The notes under the pieces are model-generated. The model saw only the letters and a list, made by a program, of their open reading frames with translations, searched no databases and was not told where the DNA came from. A DNA stretch of 64,000 bases from Bilabrum cf. latius. Its lineage: Eukaryota. Below are positions 1-13,700 of the stretch, in pieces; position 1 is the stretch's first letter; every line of letters starts with the position of its first letter. The stretch covers positions 992,001-1,056,000 of the forward strand of contig OZ237741.1 of assembly GCA_965178125.1 (NCBI GenBank), given 5' to 3'. The translations under genes and the position numbers were made by a program.

Positions 1-25
1 AGCCACACAGATCCGCCAGCATGGG

Positions 26-2665
26 ATGTGGAAATTTGTTGGTCTTATTATCTGGTAGCTTCACACATGCCCAGCAATAAGTGGCAGTGTTCAGCTGCTG
101 GGACCATGGCAAGGGTCCATGGACGAGGCACTGCTGCGGCTCTGGGAGGCAACGCAGAAAGGGCAAGAGCTGCATGTGTGTGCTGTTCCACGGCATAGCG
201 AACTTGGTTATTGTGGTGCGAGTTTGGCTGCCAAAACTGCGTGCTAGGCGTCAGACAATCAGTAGACCCTGGTTGCGTTAGGAAGTGCTCCTGCCAACGT
301 CTCGATCATCGCAGCTCACTGGAATTCCAATGCGTTTGCATCGCAGCTCGATCCATTTGGTTTTCGTGATGTACCTGACAGGGTGGATACGTGCTGCAAG
401 CTCCTTTAGTGGCATCACGGCCTCCGGTTTAGCGCCAGGAATCCCCCGGTGTGCAGCGCACAGGGTTGGTAGGGCATCAGTACGGCATTGAACCAGCTGC
501 CCAGTCAAACCATCAGCCAGAAACGCTGGAATCGGGAAGATGTGGGCAGACGTCAGCCGTGGCAGCCGCGCCGGCTGCACCACTCTAGCTTCGATCGCCT
601 GCCACGGCGCCGCGCCATGCAACACCGAAAGACCAGGGCACACGCTGAAGAAATTTTGGAGCTGTCTCGGGAGCATTTTGGCGTTAATGACGGCGAGTTT
701 AGGCCCCGAAGCTCGCTACAACGAATCTTGCGCTGGTGCGCTTCTCATGGTCGACGAGGCGTGCATGTGTACAGCGACTCCGAGCGCCTTCGCGTTGGTC
801 GCAAGCTGTGCGCGACCCGGAAGCTGGGCAACATGCACGGGGAGTCTTTAGGCAGCAAGCTAGCCAGGTAGGCTCTCCTCGTCCTCGGGAAGCAGCACCC
901 AGAGCACCCCCTCTGTAGACAGAGGCAGTGCAGGCCACACAAGCCTGCGGCCTCATCGTCAGTGCAGCAGGAGGAGGAGCATAGACGGGCACACGCGCAG
1001 GTGTGGCACCGGGATGATTTTGATAGGGTCGGAGACGAGCACGAATGCTCGAGCTGGCACAGCGAGCCCCCTCTGTCATCAGCGCTGTCGCAGCTGCAGC
1101 GCGCATTGCGTGCAGCAGGGTTAGAGACCAACAACCCATCCTCTGCTTGCCTCTTCCTCCCACCGTTCGAGACCACACCATTAAGCACGGTGCTCCAGCC
1201 TATTCAGCTCAGTAACACGCGCGTAGCGTCTGCAGCAGGCCTGCACGGCGACTTCACCGCGCTCCGACTGTCTCAGTACCGTTCCAGCGATGCCGTGGTA
1301 GCCTGGCTTAGGAGCCTAAGGTACTGGGGCCACGCGGCAGAGAGACACATAGTCGCAGATCAGACAGACTCGTTCGTCCCGTGGCTGCATAGGGCGTTCA
1401 TGGATGCTGGCACTGCCCGCGACCCTGTTTGGAGGCTGCACCGAATCGCGCGGTTGGTGTGCAAACATGAAATTCCCTCGAGCGATGAGGGAGAGGCCGC
1501 TCCTGGAGCAGTTGATGTAGATCGTCGACACTCTGCAGACAGCACGGCGTAGCTTTGTTTATGGGCCGGTTTGGGTCACGAAGATGCGACCGAACGCTCC
1601 AGACCTGATGCCAGAGGCTCCGTGGATCCGCCTGCCTGGCTGTCGACTAGGCTGCCTCTGATCGGCAAGAGCAACAGCATACGCAGGTATGAGCGCACTA
1701 AGCACAGTATGGGCAGGATGCTTTTGGGACAGAGCACATTTTCGACGGCACTCCATCACACCACAACCTGTGCAAATCCGGCTGCAAGACACATCAACAG
1801 CATGCAAGCATCCATGCGTCCACTCCTTGCGTCGTTTAGGGGCAGCATTTGGGACAGGGCGCTTGGAAGGGATCCTGCCCAGACCCGCAGAAGGCTCATG
1901 AAATTGCATGATCCATTGGGAGCCCAAGGACGCACGATTATTGCAGAGTCATCGCTGCAGTGTGGAATCGATGAGGATGACGGGTCACCGCGTGGTGCAG
2001 CCGGAGGAGGCAGCCCACGTCCTTCGTATGACAAGAGGAGATACGTGGAGCTGCTATCGAGCAGCGTATTCTGCTTTGCCCCTAGAGGTGCAGGCCTGCA
2101 CAGCTATCGGATGGTTGAAGCAGTCGGTTGCGGGTGCGTACCTGTTCTCCTGGAGATGGACCTTGCCCTCCCGTTCGAAGTGGAGCTGACCGACGCGTGC
2201 GGGAGTGCTTCAGCACGGGCGTTAAGCTGCCCACCCGAGCTGCAGTGGTGGGTACAGCCCATCCACTTCGACGTTTTGGTATCCGTGCGTGGCGATTCGT
2301 TTTGCCGCGTATTGTCGTGGGATGAGACGGAGACCGGCAGTGCACTTGTTGCAGAACCTCTCCCGCCTCTAGCTGATGAAGCCAGCGGTAGCCTTCGCAA
2401 TGCCACGGTAAGGGTGGTATTGGGTGCTTACTATGTGCGCGTAGAGTCTCGCTTCATGGCCTGCACTGCTCCTGTTCTTGCAGAGCTTAACGGTCAGCCT
2501 AAGGCAAACAGGCCGGCTACAAAGAGGTCGAGGTCTGCAGCACCGGTCTGGTGGCTTCAAGGAGCGCGGGAAAGGCTGGCCCAGGCATGGGAGGCCCTCC
2601 TGAGGGATGGAGGAACGCCAGCACTGCTTGCTTTCATCGGAGAAATAGCTATCCCATAGGGGTAA
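26..2665 (+). CDS. Exostosin/GT47-family glycosyltransferase-like protein with probable signal peptide (TAG read as sense)
   Basis: One frame from ATG26 (MWKFVGLIIW...) to TAA2663-2665. It is interrupted only by TAG (56, 245, 263, 407, 470, 869, 1550, 2657) and joins ORFs 488, 962 and 1571. C-terminal GT47 motif YVELLSSSVFCFAPRGAGLHSYRMVEAVGCGCVPV. Confidence 0.8.
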
Positions 2666-2779
2666 ATTGACAAGAGCAAGTCTTGTATTGGCAATCGGAC
2701 AAGTCTTACCAGTGCAAACTTGACTTTCAAACACATTCAAACACGACAGACGCCCACCAGATTGATCCTAGAACGTGGA

Positions 2780-5700
2780 TTATTCGCGCTACAGACGACC
2801 GTGCTCGAGTGCGCCACGGCCGCCTGCCGGCTTCACTTTGCTTGTTGCACCCTGCGCAATGCTGTCCGAGCTCGTCCCAATGCTTTCCATGTCTCGAAGG
2901 CCCTCTGTTCGATGCGAATACCTCTCATTGCGGGTGCCCAGCTTGTTGGCCGCGCAGCAGCAGCAGAAGTACTTCATACAGCAACCGACGGATTCCTCTC
3001 CGCTGAGGTTTCGATCAGAGCCTCGCTTGCTCAGCTTTCTCCTCGAGTCCTGCATGCTACCCTCCCGCAGGCGCTGGGCAGCAGCCGCCGTCTGACCGCC
3101 GAAGCTGTCCTGTTTGAGCATCTGCAGCTCCAACATAGCCGCCTTCAGGTGAACTCGCAGGGGCGGCAAAGCGTCCACGATCTCCAGGGGCAGGAGCCGG
3201 AGCAGAGTGCGAGCCGCTCGGATGGGGTTGGCGAGACCCTCAACGGATGGCTCGTACCAGAACAAAGCAATCAAGAAGAACAAAGCGCCAAATGCTGCGG
3301 CCACCACCGTCACAACCAAGATCCACTCCTCCAGGATCACCGTCTTTCGGCTCCTGAAAGCCTCCGCGGCGCTGGCAAGGGCAGTCCGCAGATGCGGCCG
3401 TTCCAAATCCAGCAGCCTGCGGAGGTCAGGTGCCACCCTGTCCCTGGCAACGTCCAATAGGGGCTAGTCGACGCCCGCGCTATCTGCAGGCACGCCCGAA
3501 GTGGCCTCTTGCAGCAGCTGCAGCCACGCCATAGCACCGAAAAAGGCACCCTCCGTCATTACGTTGCTCTCGATCACCCTGCACTGGCCCAGCACGGTGC
3601 GTTCAGCATTGGCCTGCGGGTCTTGCTGGCCCACACGGGTGGTAGAACTAGCCAGCAGGGTGGGACTCACGTGGCGGCATCCATTCTCGTACAGAACCGA
3701 GTAGGCACTGGGCTCCTGTCGCTCGGTCAGCCTACCAATCGAATACTTCGCACCGTCTACAGCCGTGATGTCACCTCCGTAGACGAGTGCCCCGAAGTCG
3801 TTCTTCAGCTTGTCATCGAGCTCGAGGATATCCTGCAGGATCGGGTCGCGCACCGGCTCTGCAACTGTCATGATATCAAGGGCATCGATCCCCAGGGCCT
3901 CCACCTCGCTCTGAAGCTGCTCCGTGAGCGACATCTGCAGAGAGCTGCGCTCCGTGTTTGAAGCGAGGACCAATATGTAAACGACGATCGATCCCGCCCA
4001 CAGGCCTACCAGCAGCACAGGGACGAGCAGATTGAACACGTTCTTGCGCAGGAACTGCCCAGAGTCCAGGTGATTCCTCGGCTTGAACGTGTCACGACGC
4101 CTGCGAAGCTGCCGCCTGTGCCAACTGGACGCCGCCTCTGCAATCTCCTCGATTTCCACATAGCCCTCCTCTTCCATCATCCCAGTGAGGTCGCCTTCAA
4201 GCACACCGCCGCCTCTACTAGCCGCTCCGCTGTCATCGGCCTGGCTGTGCTGCTATTGAGAGGACTTGCCCTCCATGAGTCCTTCCATTAGAATCTCCCT
4301 CTGGCTCTTGCTCTTCGCTTGCGTGCTCAGCTTGCCTGGCCTGGCAGATGTCTGAGGCAGCAAGATGCCCGCAGTCGAGGACGCCTCGGAGTCGCTGCCG
4401 TGCGCTGACCCTCCAGTGACGTCAGCATCTACAGCTGCTGTATCCTGTGCGTCAGCTTCTTCTGCCTCCTCGTCATCCAGACCGGACTCCTCCATTAACC
4501 TGCGGTTCAAGATGGCCTGGGCACGCTTGTGCAGCATCTTGGTAACGTTGTGCGGGATGATCAGAAGTCCTTGAGCGTTTGCATCAATTCTGGTCTTGAT
4601 TTGTCGCACGATTCTCGCAAAAGACCCACCCACGCACACAACGACCAGCACGAATACACCTGCGCCGAACCCTGTCATGATGTTTCGTTGCCGGGGGAAT
4701 CGCCACAGGAGATCTTCCTTCAGCGACTCAGTGTACAGCTGCATTCCATTGATGATATTTTTGAGGCTTAGAAGAAGTCCAGCAACCTTCCTGTTGCTAA
4801 GGATGATCTCCTGTTGTGGCAGGTCAGCGATCAGAAACAGCTTGGTAGCGACGTAGGACCCGGCCTGCGACAGCGATATGTTCAGCGTCCGCACTTCTCT
4901 GCCTGCTGACTGGAGGGCAGCAAGGATCCGCGTGTGCCCCGCGCCTGTCTCCATCAGAGGAACAGACAGCTATCTAGAGATGTTGCCAATGCTGATGGGA
5001 TCGTTGACCTCAAAAATGGTTGTCTCCATCTGCTCCAACAGCTCAAGGGAGTGAGGGCCATATCTGTCTGCATCTGCAGACAGCTTTTTCTGCACGGCTG
5101 CGTACAACTCGGCGTCCTTGACGAGAGCATCTGCGGTGCGATTTGGATGCCCGAAGACCTCCATGGCTCTCTCCTGGCTCAGCCCAAACGAGTCCCTGTC
5201 GTTGTAGAAGGCGAGGCTCTCGATCCACGCAACGGCACTCTCGAACTTGACCACGCGCTGGCCACTGAGGTACAAGGCCTCGGCGGTGCGCAGGGTGGCC
5301 CTGCCTTCGTTTAGCGACCAGACGATGGAAGCCACGGCAGCGACGACAATGAAAGCGACAAGCGACCACACCAGGCATCGGGCACTGCCAACCTCAGGCT
5401 CTACCAGCCCTTCCTGCAGCTGCATGGCGCGCGAGAGCTGCGAGCTTAATCGGGAGCTAGTACCAGAGCTCACCGAGCCTACTGCGCTCTTTCTCTCACC
5501 GAAGTCGTTGGATTCTCGCATCTATCTCACAGCGACCTACGGGGCCATCTTCACCGTTCTACCAGGAGTGGAATGCGCCTGCACCGCCAGGCCAACTGGC
5601 GGTCCAGATGCCGTCAATCTTGCGGGATTGCCACCATTCGATGTGGACAAAATACCCGGAGGTGACCGCCGATTTGTGCCAGACTAAGGCAGGGATGCTC

Positions 5701-8700
5701 GAGAGCCAGCACTGTTCCGCGGCAAGTCGGTTGGCACCGAGAGCAGCTATCGGTTGCTCGGATCTGCAGTGCTTTCTCGCTATCGAGTGACTGCACCTGC
5801 AGCCCCACCTGCTCGACTTCCGGCCTTCTAGAAGAACTCCAGCGAGCCAGCCTCACTAAACGTTGCTGTGGTGGCCGCTGGGCCTGTGCTGATCGACCGG
5901 TTGTCTCCACCACCTGTCGACGCGGTTGCGGATCCGCGTGCGTGCTGCATCGGATCCGATTGCGCCAATTGCGGCGGCTTGCCGGTAATCTGAATCACGG
6001 GCTGCTCCATGATCCCTTCACTGTTGAATCTTCCCGTGGATTCGCGCATAGTGCTTGCTGCTGAGGAATCCACGGGCCCTCGCTGGGACTTCGCCACGTA
6101 AGGCTACACTGGATGGTTCCGCGACCTCCAGTCGTTTTTTGGAGCCGAGCGCCTGTCCACACCAGACGATTCTTTCCGCTCTTCCCCCTGGCCGTTCTGA
6201 ATGTGCGTGGGAGGCAGCAGCGTCTACTCTGCCTCTCTTGCGACGTGACCTCCTCGGCTGGAGGGAGACGGCGGGGCGTGTACCTTGAAATCTCCGCTGC
6301 TCTCGTGCTCCGAGTCGAGCATACGTAGGTCAGAACCTAGAGAGCCGCTATCAGCGGCCTCTCCTGCCTCGCTGATGCGTGCCATCCACTTTGAGTCCCT
6401 GCCGGCGTATCGATCTCGGTCGGAAGAACTGCGTTTCTTGATCAACCGTCGAGCGCTGGCCTCATGGAAGCTATTGTGCATGCTTTGCGCCGCGCTGTAT
6501 TCCGAAGCAAACGAGGTTGTCATGCCACGCGGCGTCCGTGGCCCCATTGATTCAGCCTCCAGAAGGAACCGCTGGTTGTGCTGACTGATGAAAGTCTCCG
6601 TGCGCAGCCACCTGAAGATATAGAACGGCTCCACGCCGGGAAGCCGGACCTCCTGCACGGAGCCAACTACAGTGATCACGTCACCGTTGGAGGTACGCAT
6701 CGGCACCAGGCTGGGCTCGCGGCAGGCAAGCAAAGGGCTCGCAGGCAGCTCCAGCTCGTCCCTGTCTCTATCCGATCGGTCCGCTGCCCTCCCGCGGCCC
6801 TTCATCCCGCTGTAGCCCTTTCCGCCTTCATTCACCTCAAGGTCAGACTTGGATTGCATCTTGAAGTGTATCATGGAAGGCATGCTGGCAAGCCTCCTGG
6901 CCGCCTGTCGGTTGATCTTGATCTTGGCTTCCTTCCGTTTCTTGGACCGATTCGAACCCAGTGGGCGAACGGTGGCTAGCCTGCTCTGTCCGTCACGGCC
7001 TGGTTGGTTGAGGGAGGGAAAGTACTTGGTCATGCACATCCTGTCCCTATCAACCTGGCTGGACTCGATGCCAAGCATGGCAAGGGATTGCCTCGTTGCA
7101 CCTCGAATCCTGTACCTGCTCCTGGCTCCTTCGAATAGGATGATCTAATCGCTCGTCAAGATCTCGTGCAGGTGCACGAACAGCCTAGGCTCCCCAGAGT
7201 CTGGGGCCACTGGAGCCTCCCTGATCCGCATCCACACGGGCGACAGCAGGGCCTTTCCAGCACGGGAGATCAGCCACATGCGGGAGGGGCCGATCACCTA
7301 TCTCTGCTGCCCACCAATCCCAGAGGTGACGAACGCATCCATCACCTTTGGAAGGGCGGCACGTAGCGGCTAGGGAACGATAGCACCGATGTTCATCCCT
7401 TTGAAGCGCTCCGAGCTCATTCCGAGCAGCCTCGTTGCAGCTGCTGACACGTTCACCACCTCGCCGGTATTGCGCCGAGACGCCGAAATGGTGATGGTGG
7501 CAGCACGCTCGTCCCCTTCGCCTTCCTCTGTGTCTCTCAACTGCCCCATCATGAACGGCATAGAGCTCTCGTCCATGTGCTGCGTGGTGCGTGCAGATTC
7601 TAGGCGCTCTGCACGGTTCAGGTACTCGACTGCGCGCGTGCGCTGCCCGTTCAGGTTGATCAAGAAGCTGCCGTAGGACCGCAGCAGCTGGATAGCATCT
7701 GGCTGCATCTTGAGCATCTGCTTGTATAGACCGTCGATCTTGGTCAAGATGTGCATGAGCTGCTCCCCAACGTGCAGGACCTGCGCCAGGTCGGGAGTCC
7801 TCTGTGCAAGGCCATCCCACAGAGCGGATAGTCCTCGCAATGCGTCGGTCTGCAAGCTCTGTACCTGCGCCATGTGCTGCTGCTATAAAATGCTGTCCAC
7901 CACGGAGAGTTGCGAGCCGCTGCCACCCTTCCGGCCGAATCCGCCGGCCGCGCCGGCATCTCCAAGGTCCTCAAGCGGGCGACTGGATTCCCCATCCGAG
8001 AGCTGCTTGGCTCGCTGCATGCAGTAGAACTTAAGATCAAAGGCGGGCTGCACGCGCAGCACCTGGGCCACGATCTGCGCCTCCTGCAGCTGCATGGGAC
8101 CGAACTGTCTCCAGAACGCGGCGGCTAGCACGCCAGCGAGAGCCGACCGTGGGAACTTGTTGAGCAGGTATCTGTAGGCCATCTCTGCCTCCTTGGCGTG
8201 CTCGACGGCAGCCAAGATAGCCTTGCTCCTCTCGTCCAGCTGGGCCTCGCCATCATTGGTCAAGAGGCCGCTCACGTTGACGGCAGCCGACTGACCACTT
8301 GCCGTCCCGAGCATTCCGCCGGCGTACGTCGCAGACCCAGGCTGTCCGAGCCCACCGGGGCCGGCAGTCAACAGGGCCACCGTCTCGTTCAGCGCGACCT
8401 CTTGATCATGAACGACCATGCCTGCGGCATCGTCGCCAGACCCGGCCTCCGACTCTGTCTGCAACCTCTGCATCGAGCTCCTCTTGGCTGAGGACCTCCA
8501 GCTCCCGAGCAGCCCAGCGAGCTTCTCCTTGGACAGCCGTCTAGTCGGCTCAGGCGAGTCTCGTGCTGACGGCGAAGGGAGCACAACACCGGGATTCTAG
8601 CTGCTCTCAAAGGCAGAGCCCACGGAGAAGCGCCTCTGCCGAGACTGGTGTGCACTTGAATGAGCGGAGGGCGACCGCGGTGCGCCGCCAGCGGCATCAG

Positions 8701-10566
8701 ATGCGCGTCGCTGCCTCGGTGGCATGGGCTGCACGACTCCAACCGCTGCGTCTCCTCCAAGCGGGTTCGCATGATGATTAGAGCCGCGGCGGGTCGTGTG
8801 CTGCATCGCCCCATCACCTCCCCCACCTCCACCTCCCAGCGGTGGGGTACCCCCAGCGGCTCGAAGCTGTCTTGCCTCCTTGGCGGCTGCTGCATTGCCC
8901 CTTGCTGCAACGAGGGCCTGGTACTGGGTCAGTGCCTCTATCTTTTGCGCCGTGGCCAGCTGTCTTCTGGCCTGCTGCTGTTCCCTGATCTCCTCTGCGC
9001 TCCTGAGGACGGCCTGGTAGGCCCTTCTGGTTTCGTCCTCGTCCCCGCCGCCGTCGATGCTGAGGTCGATCACTGCCTTTGCGAACTTGCTGAGCCGCGA
9101 CCTGGCCCACATCTCGATGGAGGTGAGGGAGGTCAGGTCTCGCAGGGCCGAGTCGGCCACGCTCTCTTGGTATAGCTTGGAGAGGAGGAACCCACACAGG
9201 GCTGCCACTGGCCCGCCAAGGTACACGAACGCGGCGTAGTCCTGGGTCGAGTCTGCGCGGGCCATGAGCAGCGCCACGCAGCACCACGTGTAAACGCATG
9301 CGGCCGACACCTCGAGCGAGTTCATCATGGGGTGCACGTACAGGTTGTACGAGAAGGACAGCCAAGTCCAGAAGATGCCGGAGGCGAGGAGCATCACGGC
9401 GAGGGCAGCAGACCCTATAAACGGACCGCTGCCAATGTTAAACAGCCCCGATAGGACCAGTTTCATGAGCAGCAGAGCGACGTCTCCCCGCCCATGCACT
9501 TTGGCGCTGAGAGACCTCGAGGAGGGGGAGCGGTCCACCACCGTGGCGGCATACAGGAACGCCAGCACGCTGAAAAAGATTAGCAGCAGGATGCTGGCGG
9601 CCGCAACAACCACGTGAACGGCGCCTCCACACTGCAAACTGGTTCCCATCCAAACTTCCGAGCCACCACCGCCACCAGAGCCGGCTGCCGCGGCTGAGTC
9701 ATCAGCTGCGTTCCCAATCTGAGACACCAGGTCTTCGGACAAGATGCTAGCTTCTGCCTCTGGCTGGGATCCACACACGACAGAACGCATTAAAATTGAT
9801 GAAAATGGCAAGAATAACCTGCGATGGCAGAAGAGGTGGGTGTGGCAGGGAACGTGTCGGCCGTTCAGTCGTGCTAGTCAGGGGACCGAGTGCCCAGGAA
9901 CGCGCTCACACTGTCGCACTCAGGCCGCCAACTGCCCGCAAGACCCTCAGCATGCTTGCATTTTGCGGCAAATTTGAGGAGAATCGGTTCGCCACCGTGT
10001 AGAAGAGACCAACGAATACCAACGAGCTGAAGGCTGCCACTGCAAGCAGCGCCAAGAATGCAGGCTGAGAAAGCACCTCGTCCGCTGTATCACTTGAGAC
10101 GTAGTCCAGAGCAGTACTGAATGGCGATAAGGCTTCGCTTGCACGCCATGGCATGTGGGGGCTCGAGTTGAGCGGGAAAGCGAAGAGCTGCAGCCTGCGC
10201 AAGGAGAACCGAATCAAAACTCTGGGGGGGGGGGCGCATGATACATGAATCGGAGCAGACGATCAATGGAATTCAAATGTATGAATTGATGGATCGTATA
10301 ATCTATGCGATTTACAGTTCCACTCGAGCAGCTTGGCAAGGTGTGGCATGTCCGGCGCATCGGCTGTCCCACGCAAACTCGTCTAATCACCAAGAGAAGC
10401 TGTCATAGTCTCACGCGTTAATGCAAAGTCCAACGATAGCGGGCCATCTATCCACTGGAAACGTCTTCGTTTGGACGTATAACGCCCCAAACAACCCATC
10501 TGCTGCCTTGCTGGTCCAGGATGGTCGATCTGCACCCTCTGCTGACTGTACGCCGCTTGGCTGCAT
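2780..10566 (-). CDS. TmcB/TmcC-like multi-pass membrane protein with PAS domain (~2500 aa)
   Basis: ATG10566 (MQPSG...DGLFGALYVQTK), introns 10195-10414 and 9819-9909. Then one 7-kb frame joins nine track ORFs through at least 17 TAGs and ends at TAA 2780-2782. N-terminal TM block, LLRSYGSFL helical region, PAS-like segment (GEVVNVSAAATRLLG...MNIGAIVP*PL), further TM segments. Confidence 0.78.
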
Positions 10567-10773
10567 GTCTACCAATCAATGACAAAGATTTTAATCTAAC
10601 TAACAACTTCTACTTGATTAAAGCCAAATTTTTCTAGTAGAGCGCCTGTAATTGGGCTTCGTCACTGCTTCTAGAGAGCATCATGGCGCAGAATTAATTC
10701 GGTTGCGACCGCAAAGCCCCCCGTTGGTCGCAAAAATCCACGACAGATCATTGAACCAGTGCGAGCGAGAGCC

Positions 10774-13700
10774 ATGAGCGAAAGTGAAGCTAAAGCTGAA
10801 GCTGATGCATTGTTTGCGTAGATCACTCGGATGGAGGCACGTGGGCTACGGGTGAAGGGCGAAATCCACGGTCACATTGAGTCTCTCGAAGCATAGCTAA
10901 CATCTGCTCACGAAGCAAACGTTAACTTGCGTAGGCATAACGATGAATTGGCTAGTATCGTGCAGGTCCTAATTCGAAGATGGACCCAGTCCCGGAAAAG
11001 TCCTGCTGCATCGAGATTGACGCAGTGTATCCACGGCGAATGCAGTGTTTCTCCTGGCTCGGCAATGCAGGCCGAGATAGAAGGCTTAAAGAAGAGGATT
11101 CATGACTTCACCGAAGATAGGGATGCCTAGCTGATGGACTTGAGAGCCGAGAGAGACCGACAGCATGCCGAGGCAGACAAGCTAAAGCGAGCCATGCAAG
11201 AAGTAGACAAGCGGGAAGCGCAGAGGGAGGAGGAACACATTGCAAGCAATGCAGCTGCCCTTGCTCAGCAGCGATAGGTATTTGAGTAGGAGCTAGACGG
11301 GCTGCGAGCTCAAATCCGGGACTTGGATGCGCAAAGAGCATCTTCCGCAGAAGAGGCAGTTGCCATGTCGGTGCGACTGGAAGCTGCGACGTCAACCATC
11401 GAGAAGCTAGAGCGCGAGGGCCAGTCTCTGAGGGAAACATCACAAGAATCAATCAAGTAGGTTGCAGAGCCGCCCCCGCGAGCTGTTTCCAAGGAAGAGG
11501 AGCCGCGCCGAGCGCAGCAAGACCTGGATGCTGTTGCGCAGCCCGACGACCTGCAAACAATGCAGCCGGTGCCGAATCTGCAGCAAGCCAGTGAATTGGG
11601 GCAGAGTATTAGTGAATTGCAGTCGAGCCTGCGTCGCACCCAAGCAGAGCTGCTCCGGACGAAGCAGCGCCTGCAACGAGCGAGCAGGCGAGCACCCTAG
11701 CAGCTGCACCCCGGCGCCTTCCTCCGTCGATTGGGAGCAGCTGCTCGGGAGCTCAGGAGAGACCTGCTTGGCGACGCAGCTGGAGCATCTGGGCTGGGTG
11801 CATCGGCTGGCGTGGAGCAGCACCGGCCAGCGGCAGCCCCCGGTGGCAGTGCGAGCAGCAGCCAGCGCTCTGGAGCAGCTGCTCCGCTCCGCTCCGCACC
11901 GAGCTCTGGCGCAGCCTGGGACGTCGTGTCGTCTCACTCCATCGCTGCAGCTGCTGCCCTCCGCACAGCCGAGCTGCAGATCCTTCCATTCCCCGTGTCT
12001 CGCGACGAGTACGAGACGGAGGTGCAGCGGGAGGGGCAGGAGGAGTTCGACGCATCGCGGCACTGGGCGGAGCTTGCCGGGTCTGTGGTCACGGGACGAG
12101 TGCGCAGGCCCGACCACGGCGTGCCTCCGCCCTCCCCCGCCTCGACATCCTCGTCCTCTATCCCCGCGCAGAGCCCATCCTCGTCCTCCACCAGCCGCAG
12201 GGGGCGGAGGTTCACAGATGCGGATGCGTGGGGGGAGAGCAGGCGAGGGTTCAAGGGGTCCCAGTCTGTGGCAGATCCAGGGTGGAGCGCATCCTCCCCG
12301 CGGTTTGGCAGCCACGGGCGAGTAAGCCCCCCCCTTGACCAGGCACTAGGGAACAATGGGCCGGGGGCGACCACTGACGAGTGGCTGAGACCACTTGGTG
12401 AAGACCTATTTGAATACGAGGCAGCGCGGAGGGCGGCCAAAGTGCTCGACAGCTGCTGGCGGGGGGCGGTCCTGCCCATGGCCGCGCGGGCCATTGTGCT
12501 GGCGGCGCAGGCGGCAGCCTCTGAGCGGCTGAGGCTGCTGATGCGGGAGGCGGCTAGCGAGAGTCGGTCTGAGCCCGCGCTTCAGGTGCCACTGTACGCC
12601 AGACCGCGTTCGATTGTTATGCAGCTGCAGGGCTTCAAGCCAGGGAACAATAAAGGCGACACGGCGAGCGGTGCGGGGGCAAGAGCTGCTGGGGACCAGC
12701 TTTAGGTCCAGGGTGGAGGCCCGGGTGCGGCCGAGGATGGCATGGTGAAGGGCGTGCCGGGTCTCCCACCGACCCCTTGGCTGTGGTCCGCTGACGGGGA
12801 CCACACGCACTGCACGCTGTGCGGGCAGGAGTTTGCGTTCCTGGTTAGGCAGCACCACTGCAGGTGCTGTGGGATGGTAGTGTGCTCGCAATGCAGCGCA
12901 TTCACGCAGGTGATGGTCAGCAAGGCCGTGCCCGTGTCATCCACGGCCTTCGAGTGCCCCGGGGCGGTGATCCGCGAGGTGGCCGCGGAGGGCCTCGTGA
13001 GGAGGGAGGATATTGCGGGGTGGAGGCGCAGGCAGCTGCTCGCATCCGTGGATGGAGCCGACGAGGCATTGCATGGGAGCAACAGCCAGGGAACAAATCT
13101 CTTGGGATCCACCGTAGAGGAAGATAGCAAGCAGTCTGGCGGCCACGGGAGGGGCTCGCTTTCCGAAGCACTCCGGCCGAGCCCTGGCGGCATGCTTCCA
13201 ATGGGTGCTGACCTTCGGACTCGCAAGGGCAAGAAGGTTGCCAGAAAGGCGGGCGGGCTGGGCACGGTGGCAGAGAGCGAGGACGTGTCCGTGGTCTCGA
13301 GCGACTCTGAAGATGGTACCGTTGAGCCAGCACGGGACGATGCGCGACCCAAGCCATCGGATGCTTTACCGGCAGACCCTGACGCCGGAGGGGACAGCGC
13401 TGCTGCCTCGGGCAGCGATGTAGATGTAGTACGCCAACCTGCGCATGCGCATGCTCTCGGAGAAGGACGGGGAAAACAAGCGCCCTTGCCAAGTCTAAAA
13501 TCGCACCTCGCGCTTGGCCTGAAGGAGCGCAGCAGCAGCAGCAGCACCATGGCGCCCATGCTAGCGGGAGCCCACGCCGGATCCATCGGGCCTGGGGGCA
13601 TGCAGCGCCGCCGATCGTTCGCTGTTAGGCGGGAGGGCAGGGCAGGCAGCCCGCACGTTGGTGACCCGCGGCTGCCAGGCGCCAGCGCCAGTGGAGCAGT

